NCBI GenBank assembly: GCA_016180645.1
Contig: JACPAV010000028.1
Span: 1 to 64,000 of the forward strand
Length of the DNA stretch: 64,000 nucleotides
From: Nitrospirota bacterium
GTDB taxonomy: Bacteria > JACPQY01
Reading direction: 5' to 3'
How positions within the stretch are numbered: position 1 is the first letter of the stretch; every line of letters begins with the position of its first letter. Both the position numbers and the translations under genes were made by a program. The notes beneath the pieces were generated by a model that saw only the letters and a list, made by a program, of their open reading frames with translations, did not search any database and had not been told where the DNA came from. Shown one piece after another: positions 57,763 to 64,000 of this stretch.

Positions 57763-59787
57763 TCAATCGCCGCAGGGTCCGATGGCCGGGCCGCCCGCGG
57801 GAACCCGTGGAATCCCCCGCCGGAAAGAATCCAGGAAACAGCGATACTGGTATTGGGGAGCTTCGGTCTGGAAGACAACTTCATGCCCGTCTTCCAATCC
57901 ATCCTCGGGGTGTTGAATCACCACAGCGGTCACCCGCTCACCGGAAATTTCGACATTGCCGGCGGCAGGAAGGGGGATGTGCGAACGCCCGGTCAGCGGG
58001 AGATACGTGGAGAGCGGGGTCTGGCCGATGAGATCGGGAGGACCCGGCCCGTCTCGCTCCTCGCCGGCGAGGTCGAGCCCCAGCGGCAGAGAAAGGGCGT
58101 TGGCGATCCGGGGGAGGATGTAGTGGTCTACGATGCCCTGAAGCATGAGAACGTGGCGCGGCCTTTCGCCGGGCGCGGGCTCCGTCACGATGCGCCGGGC
58201 ATAGACCTGCGGGTCGGCCGACTCCGCGCCCCATTGGACCAGCGTGAGCACGGGATCACCCGCCGCAAGGGCGCGCCCTGCCGATTTGTATCCGAGAAGC
58301 GCCTCTGCGATCGGCCGGACTTCGACCGGTTTTCGCTTGTACAGGATGTTTTCAATCCAGCTTCCCCCGGCGCCGCTCAGGATCGCCGCCCGGTAGCGGG
58401 GCTCCATGGCCATGGCCAGGGGCGCAATCGTCGCGCCCATCGAATGGCCCATGAGCGCCAACCGCTCAACGTCGAACCTGACTCCCGCCGAATCAAGTCC
58501 GGGACAGCCGGACGCGTCCACTTCGAGTCGTTCCACAACATGGGCGACGAGCGCGATCTCCAGCGCCGACTGCCTCACGTTGTCTCGCAGGGCCACGGGG
58601 TTGAGCACGTTGAACATGAGAAATTGTTCGTCGCCGCGGGAGACGTTGCGCAGTCCGCCGTGCGGGCCGTCCACGCTGATCCCCGCAAACCCTGCGCGGG
58701 CGAAATGCAACGCCGGACCGGTGCCCGGCACACGCGCGTCCGCCCCGGGGAAATCCTGCGGGCCGCGGTCCACCAGCGGCCGGTCCCCCCCCCCGCCGGT
58801 GCGGATGAAAACGACGGTAGGGAATCCGGAGGGAGGCATCGGCGCGCGTGGAAGCGTGATCACCATGTTGGCCTCCTCGACTCCGTGGAGGATGGGACGT
58901 CCCTGCGCGTCCAGTTCCCATCCGCCCCCCTCGGTGGCATAGGGCGGAACACCCTGCTGGTAGTCGGGCATGGCGATGGTGCTGTGGTAAACGCAGTAGT
59001 CATCAAAAACTTCAGCTTGGACAAAGGGTCCGGTCGGCGCGGGGATGGGCCTGGAAACGGCGTCCTTCACGTAGGCGGCCATCTGGGTCGCGGGATCGCC
59101 GGTGGTAAAAACGCTCAGTGCCGCGATATCGCGTGTGGCCACCCCGTCTCCGTTCAACGCCTTGAGAGCCGCGCGATAGGAAGCGAAAACCCGCTCTCCC
59201 ATCCCGGCCGGCGGCCGGCCGGATGTGATCTCCTCCAGTTCGGACGGCTGCCCGAGCGTCCTGCCTTCCGCGTCACCGGTCCGTCGAAGAACCACGGCGG
59301 CGTAGGCGGCGTTCGGTCTCAAGGGGAATCCCTGGACCGGAAGAATCGAGAGAAGATTGGGCGCGCCGAACGGTCCGCCATCCGCGTTGAAGGTGACTTC
59401 GACCGGCGACCGCGCGATCGTCCCACCTCCCCATTCGAGTAGGAAGATCGTCGCGTCGGGCCCGATGCTTTCGAGAACCGTCGGCAGATGGGTGGTGCCA
59501 AGGGGCCCCGTGAACGAAAAGTACACCGCGCCGCTGAGGGCGAAACCGCGATTGTCCCGCGCGATCAACTGGGCGGCTTGACGCACGAGCGGAATTCCCG
59601 CCGGGTTGGGGAAACCCTCAAGCCGGATCGCGCCATCGGCCTGGAGAAGATCGTCGCTGGGGAAGGGCGCCGAGTAAAAGGAATCGGTTCGCTCGAAGTC
59701 CATCCGTGCGCGCACGCCCGACCCCCCGGCCTTCGCGCCGCAGGCCAGATGCGCCGAGGCGAACAACAAAAGGAGGTATCGCTTCAC
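57763..59787 (-). CDS. Lipase-like alpha/beta-hydrolase lipoprotein
   Basis: Lipobox HLAC, PFPSD, GPHGGLR, GHSMGA. Confidence 0.8.
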   Translation of the reverse strand: MKRYLLLLFASAHLACGAKAGGSGVRARMDFERTDSFYSAPFPSDDLLQADGAIRLEGFPNPAGIPLVRQAAQLIARDNRGFALSGAVYFSFTGPLGTTHLPTVLESIGPDATIFLLEWGGGTIARSPVEVTFNADGGPFGAPNLLSILPVQGFPLRPNAAYAAVVLRRTGDAEGRTLGQPSELEEITSGRPPAGMGERVFASYRAALKALNGDGVATRDIAALSVFTTGDPATQMAAYVKDAVSRPIPAPTGPFVQAEVFDDYCVYHSTIAMPDYQQGVPPYATEGGGWELDAQGRPILHGVEEANMVITLPRAPMPPSGFPTVVFIRTGGGGDRPLVDRGPQDFPGADARVPGTGPALHFARAGFAGISVDGPHGGLRNVSRGDEQFLMFNVLNPVALRDNVRQSALEIALVAHVVERLEVDASGCPGLDSAGVRFDVERLALMGHSMGATIAPLAMAMEPRYRAAILSGAGGSWIENILYKRKPVEVRPIAEALLGYKSAGRALAAGDPVLTLVQWGAESADPQVYARRIVTEPAPGERPRHVLMLQGIVDHYILPRIANALSLPLGLDLAGEERDGPGPPDLIGQTPLSTYLPLTGRSHIPLPAAGNVEISGERVTAVVIQHPEDGLEDGHEVVFQTEAPQYQYRCFLDSFRRGIPRVPAGGPAIGPCGD

Positions 59788-59793
59788 GGGCCG

Positions 59794-60894
59794 TCACCCT
59801 CTGAGCGAGCCGATCGCACGGAGGACATTCCCTCCGAGGATTTTCCGAACTCGTTCCTCTTTCCATCCGCGGTCCAGCATGGCTTGGACGAGTCTCGGCC
59901 ACTCCTCGCACGTGGGCATGTCGCGGGGCGTTTCTATGAAACCGTCCCAATCGCTACCCAGCGCAGCCGTGTCTTCGCCCCCCGCGTCGATAAGGTGTTG
60001 CAAGTGGTCGACCACGTGGCCGGAGCGGACGGCCCTCGGCGGTGCGCCGAGAAAGGCCGTCTTGTACATCACGCCGATCACTCCGCCCGTTTCCGCGACG
60101 GCGCGGATCTGTTCGTCATCGATATTCCGCCAGTGCGGAAGAACCCCCGTTGTCCCCGTATGGCTGACCATGAGAGGCAGCGAGCGATCGTGCGTTTGAA
60201 CGGCGTCGAAAAATCCGGTGCGATGGATGTGGGCCAGATCCACGAAGATCCGGAGGGAATCGAGCCGTTTTACGAATTCGCGTCCGGCCGGCGTCAGACC
60301 GGCGCGTTTTCTGTTTCCCAGCGGCGAACTCGTCCCGCCGAGCGATGAATCAACCAGATGAACGAGCGTGACCTTCAGAATCTCATGCGGAGTCGGGCCA
60401 TCGAGAGTATTCCCGACGTCTAAGGCGTTTCCACCCTGGACTCCAAGGAACGCGGCGTGGCAACCGGACCGCCTCGCTTCCCGATATTCTCCCGCCGTTC
60501 GCACGAAGCGGACTTGGTCGGGGTGCGAGGCCAGAATACCTTTCATGCGGGCGAGGTTCCTGCCGAAGATGCGGGACCGTTGGGAGCCGCGGCGGAACGG
60601 ATTTGTGGTGATGGACCAGATGGCGCCGGAGACTCCCGCGTCCGTGAGCCGGGGGAGGTCTACCTGACTGTAATATCGGCCGCCGAGAATCCCCCGCCCG
60701 TGGCGTTTGGAAATGTCGTACCCAAAGACCCGGGACCAGATGAAGGAATCCACGTGCAAATCGATGACGTCGGAAGAGTGAATCAGGTCGATGGCCTCCA
60801 AGGATATTCCCAGCCGGCTTGCGGCGCCTTTGGGATCCTCCGGAGTCTCGACCAAGCGGGACCTCTTATCCGAGGAAGCTCTTCCCGAAACCAC
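59794..60894 (-). CDS. Membrane dipeptidase (M19) family
   Basis: IDLHVD, VDLAH, VSHTG, WRNIDD, LGSDWDG. Confidence 0.88.
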   Translation of the reverse strand: MVSGRASSDKRSRLVETPEDPKGAASRLGISLEAIDLIHSSDVIDLHVDSFIWSRVFGYDISKRHGRGILGGRYYSQVDLPRLTDAGVSGAIWSITTNPFRRGSQRSRIFGRNLARMKGILASHPDQVRFVRTAGEYREARRSGCHAAFLGVQGGNALDVGNTLDGPTPHEILKVTLVHLVDSSLGGTSSPLGNRKRAGLTPAGREFVKRLDSLRIFVDLAHIHRTGFFDAVQTHDRSLPLMVSHTGTTGVLPHWRNIDDEQIRAVAETGGVIGVMYKTAFLGAPPRAVRSGHVVDHLQHLIDAGGEDTAALGSDWDGFIETPRDMPTCEEWPRLVQAMLDRGWKEERVRKILGGNVLRAIGSLRG

Positions 60895-62083
60895 GGTACG
60901 TCTTGGACCGTGATTCCAAGCGGTCGCCGCGCACGAGGAGATATTCCCCGAAGTGCTCGGCCGGTTCCCCGGACTTGGCCGGGCGGAAGAACACGGGATC
61001 GCCCAGGCGGAGTTTCAACCCTCCGGACACCAGGAGAGGCGTTTGAACCTCGCCGGCTCCTTCGCGCCGAAGGAGCCGCAACCCTTCGGGGAGCCAGGGG
61101 AGCGGGAGTCGATCCGGACCCGGTTCGCCGGAGGCGATGATGCCCCCACCGTGACAAGTAATCATCCCCGGCGCCGGGCGTCGAACCGCTTGGAGGGCGA
61201 AAAAGAGGGCGGGATCCACCGAGAGTCCGCGATAGTGGTCGAACAGGTGACCCGCCAGAAACCCGGAGCCCGCGGTGATCTCCGTGAGAGAGGGATCGTT
61301 CGCGCTCCACTCCAGGCTGCCCGTTCCGCCGCCGTTCACCACGGTCGGCGTCAATCCCAGGATTTTCAACCGCTCGATCACGCGATGCCGCGCCTCCTCC
61401 ACCTGGCGCCGTGACGCGCGTTTCATGGCGCGAACGAGCTTTCGCCGCAAGGCTGAACCGGTTTCGGGCACCCCGGCAATTTGAGATTCGTACGCCATAA
61501 GGCCGTGAAATCGGAGATGGGGGGATTCGTTCAGCCGGGCGGCGAACTCGGCGATCTCTTCGGGGGAGCGCAACGGACTGCGGCGAACACCGATGTGGAT
61601 CCGGCTGCGCAGAGGCCTCCATGCCATGTCCAGTTCGACCACGAGGGGGATGGTGGCCCCGGCCCGCTGTCCTGCCGCGCTGAGGGCGGCAAGCTGTTCG
61701 GGTGAGTCCGCAACGACGGCGGCGGGAACGCCCGATCCGTTCAGACGCGCGAGGACGTCCGCGTCGTCCGCCCGAGCCGTCGGATAGGCCAGGAGGAAAT
61801 CGGTGAAACCCTGCTCCGCAAGAAAGGCGGTTTCGGCGGCGGTGTACGTCATGAGGCCTTTCACGGCGCCTGCGCCTCGGTTGAGCACCCGTCGAAGAAG
61901 ATCCACGCATCGGAACGATTTCGAGGCGACTCGGAGCGTCTTGCCGCCCGCTCGGGCGAGGCCCGCCAGGCGATCCACGTTGGACTCGAACGCCCCAAGA
62001 TCCACGAGCGCAAGGCTGAGGGGTTCATCGGCGACGACGCGTCGGAACCGCTCCCATTTGTCCCGGCGGTTTTCGGTGGCCAT
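60866..62083 (-). CDS. Fold-type III PLP enzyme (DSD1/alanine-racemase-like)
   Basis: LRVASKS, GLMAYESQIAG, NGGGTGS, GEVQTP. Confidence 0.85.
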   Translation of the reverse strand: MATENRRDKWERFRRVVADEPLSLALVDLGAFESNVDRLAGLARAGGKTLRVASKSFRCVDLLRRVLNRGAGAVKGLMTYTAAETAFLAEQGFTDFLLAYPTARADDADVLARLNGSGVPAAVVADSPEQLAALSAAGQRAGATIPLVVELDMAWRPLRSRIHIGVRRSPLRSPEEIAEFAARLNESPHLRFHGLMAYESQIAGVPETGSALRRKLVRAMKRASRRQVEEARHRVIERLKILGLTPTVVNGGGTGSLEWSANDPSLTEITAGSGFLAGHLFDHYRGLSVDPALFFALQAVRRPAPGMITCHGGGIIASGEPGPDRLPLPWLPEGLRLLRREGAGEVQTPLLVSGGLKLRLGDPVFFRPAKSGEPAEHFGEYLLVRGDRLESRSKTYRGFGKSFLG

Positions 62084-62181
62084 CCGACGGCGAAGCCTAT
62101 CCTATTGACGGGCCAAAGGATACGTCAGGGGCATCATTTCCGCTGGCCTCCACGATCAGGCCCTGCTAGCATCGCCGCACT

Positions 62182-63300
62182 ATGAAGATCATTGTCATGG
62201 GTGGCGCGGGCGACATGGGGAGCCGCGCGGTGGAGGACTTGGCTTCTTCGAAAGGAGTCGCACGGGTCACGATAGCCGACCGGAATGCCGCCGCCGCGGA
62301 GAAAATCAAATCCAGTCTGGCCGGAAAATCGGCCAAGGTCGAGGTCAAGGCGGTTGACGCCAACGACCACACGGCGCTCGTGAAAGCGATGAAGGGGCAT
62401 GACGTGGTCGCTTCCGCCCTCGGACCGTTCTTCATGTTCGAAGCGAAGCTCGTGCGGGCGGCCATCGAGGCAGGAGTGAACTACGCGAGCATTTGTGACG
62501 AGGCGGATGCCGCCGAGGCCGTGTTCCGGGATTTCGACGTCGATGCGCGGAAGAAGCGCGTGACCGTCCTCACGGGCTTGGGGGCGAGTCCGGGCTTGTC
62601 CAATGTAGGCGTCCGGTTCATGTCCAAAGAAGTCGGCCGGATCAAGAAAGCCGAAATCTACGTCTACCAGCCTTTGGACGCCGGAGGAGGCGAAGCGGTC
62701 ATTCGCCACATGCTCCACATCATGACGGGGAAGGTGGTGGCTTGGAGAGGCGGACGGAAAGTCACGGTTCGCGCATGCAGCCGGTCCAAGATCGTCGAGT
62801 TTCCGAAGTACGGCCGTGTCAAGCTGTGGAACATGGGGCACAGCGAGCCGTACACCGTTCCGCGCTATTTCTACGGCATCGAAGAAGTGGGGTTCTACAT
62901 GGGCTACGGCAAAGGGGCCGAATTTCTGGTGTGGCCCGCGCGCGCCGGTCTCTTCCTGAACAAGCGGGTGACCGATGCCACGGTCCGGCTGCTACTGAGG
63001 TTGGAGGGCATGGACAAAAACAAGGAGCCGGGCTGGGGTGCCATCCGGATCGATGTCTGGGGCGAGAAGAAAGGCAAGGAGGAGCACCGGATGCTCTGCG
63101 GCATCGGTCAGATGCGAGAGGCTACGGGGCTGTCTCTCTCCATCGGCGCGCAACTTCTGGGAGAGAAAAAGCTACTCACGAAAGAGGGCGGCGTCTACGC
63201 GCCCGAGGGTTGCCTCGATCCGCAGGATTTCATCCGCCGCATGAAAGACCGCGGCCAACTCGCCTATGCCGACCTCGCCATGACCCAGCCGTTAGCATAA
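62182..63300 (+). CDS. Saccharopine dehydrogenase-like oxidoreductase
   Basis: VMGGAGDMG, LGPF, GASPGLSN, HSEP, GVYAPE. Confidence 0.88.
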   Translation: MKIIVMGGAGDMGSRAVEDLASSKGVARVTIADRNAAAAEKIKSSLAGKSAKVEVKAVDANDHTALVKAMKGHDVVASALGPFFMFEAKLVRAAIEAGVNYASICDEADAAEAVFRDFDVDARKKRVTVLTGLGASPGLSNVGVRFMSKEVGRIKKAEIYVYQPLDAGGGEAVIRHMLHIMTGKVVAWRGGRKVTVRACSRSKIVEFPKYGRVKLWNMGHSEPYTVPRYFYGIEEVGFYMGYGKGAEFLVWPARAGLFLNKRVTDATVRLLLRLEGMDKNKEPGWGAIRIDVWGEKKGKEEHRMLCGIGQMREATGLSLSIGAQLLGEKKLLTKEGGVYAPEGCLDPQDFIRRMKDRGQLAYADLAMTQPLA

Positions 63301-63353
63301 TCGGTGACAGTATACTTTATTACCTGCGAATAGAGTATACTGTCACCGATTAT
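63297..63353. repeat. Palindrome with perfect 20-bp arms between convergent genes
   Basis: ATAATCGGTGACAGTATACT-17 nt-AGTATACTGTCACCGATTAT. Confidence 0.9.
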
Positions 63354-64000
63354 ACGGCGAGTTTCGGCGGGACCCAGCCGCCGAAGGCGCGTTCGAGTTC
63401 GAGGGCGACGGCAATGGTGAGATGATCGTGGCCGGGGAGGGAGGCGACTTGAACACCGAGCGGGAGTCCTGCCTTGTTCAGTCCGAGGGGTGTCTGCGTG
63501 GAAGGCATCTCCATCACGTTCAGAATTGGCGTGTACAACCAGTGGAACGGGTATCGCATCGGAACGCGATGTTTCAGAGCAGGGAACGGATACGACGGAT
63601 AGAGCATCACTCCGTTCGGGCCGAGTTCACGCTTGAGCTCCTCTTTGAGTTCGCGACCGATTTGAAGAGCTTTCTCCGCTCTCTTGGGCATCCATTTCGG
63701 AATGCGTTCGAGCGCGGCCAAAGCGATGGCGGGAAATGTATGTTTGGATCGACCGACTAAAGATTTGATCAGTTCAGGGAGCGGACGGAAAGGTTTTCCA
63801 TCGCCGAGCATCTCGGTGAAGGTCAGTCCGCCGGACGCGTTCAGCATCGCCCCCCATATCTCGAGTGTCTTCTTGAGGCCTTCGAACCGGGTGGAGCGGA
63901 CCTTGGCCCCGCGCTGGGCAAGGTGCTCGGCGCATTTCGCCTGCGCCTCGCGGAGATCCGGACTCACCTTCAGGATTCCGTTGTTCTCCACGTTGAGGAC
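63350..64000 (-). CDS. Amidase-signature family protein (FAAH2-like), 5' end outside the window
   Basis: GVMLYP...YTPILNV...PLGLNKAGLPLGVQV...LERAFGGW. Confidence 0.85.
   Translation of the reverse strand, partial: VLNVENNGILKVSPDLREAQAKCAEHLAQRGAKVRSTRFEGLKKTLEIWGAMLNASGGLTFTEMLGDGKPFRPLPELIKSLVGRSKHTFPAIALAALERIPKWMPKRAEKALQIGRELKEELKRELGPNGVMLYPSYPFPALKHRVPMRYPFHWLYTPILNVMEMPSTQTPLGLNKAGLPLGVQVASLPGHDHLTIAVALELERAFGGWVPPKLAV

Noticed and set aside
55763-59442. Long + strand ORFs (482 and 577 aa)
   Set aside because: Antisense shadows of the lipase-like genes, expected in high-GC DNA; no motifs

Overview
GC-rich bacterial DNA. A MYXO-CTERM protein and the maf-yggS-proC-yggT-divIVA block suggest a deltaproteobacterial/Myxococcota-like host. 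Bases 1-6478 are the right part of an integrative element next to tRNA-Leu(CAA) (6479-6561). The element encodes a LytR_C protein, a DUF4236 protein, a C-protein-like HTH, a rolling-circle (Rep_1/HUH-like) initiator bracketed by an exact 19-bp direct repeat, a Zn finger, an excisionase, an XRE HTH and a RelE-like TA pair. Its tyrosine integrase ORF reads straight through the tRNA. The rest is host backbone (nth, maf, yggS, proC, yggT, divIVA, tmk, ftsY, dksA-like, glmU, thiL, two CNNM/CBS genes, asd, leuBDC, bioA) plus a lipid/hydrolase-rich accessory stretch with three large lipase-like lipoproteins, a beta-helix/diheme cytochrome pair and a vapBC/HEPN block bracketed by inverted REP doublets. 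Several palindromic and heptamer repeat families occur throughout, many apparently translated in-frame inside genes, and many genes look leaderless. No CRISPR array or rRNA was seen. All family calls are from motif recognition by eye; no database search was run.
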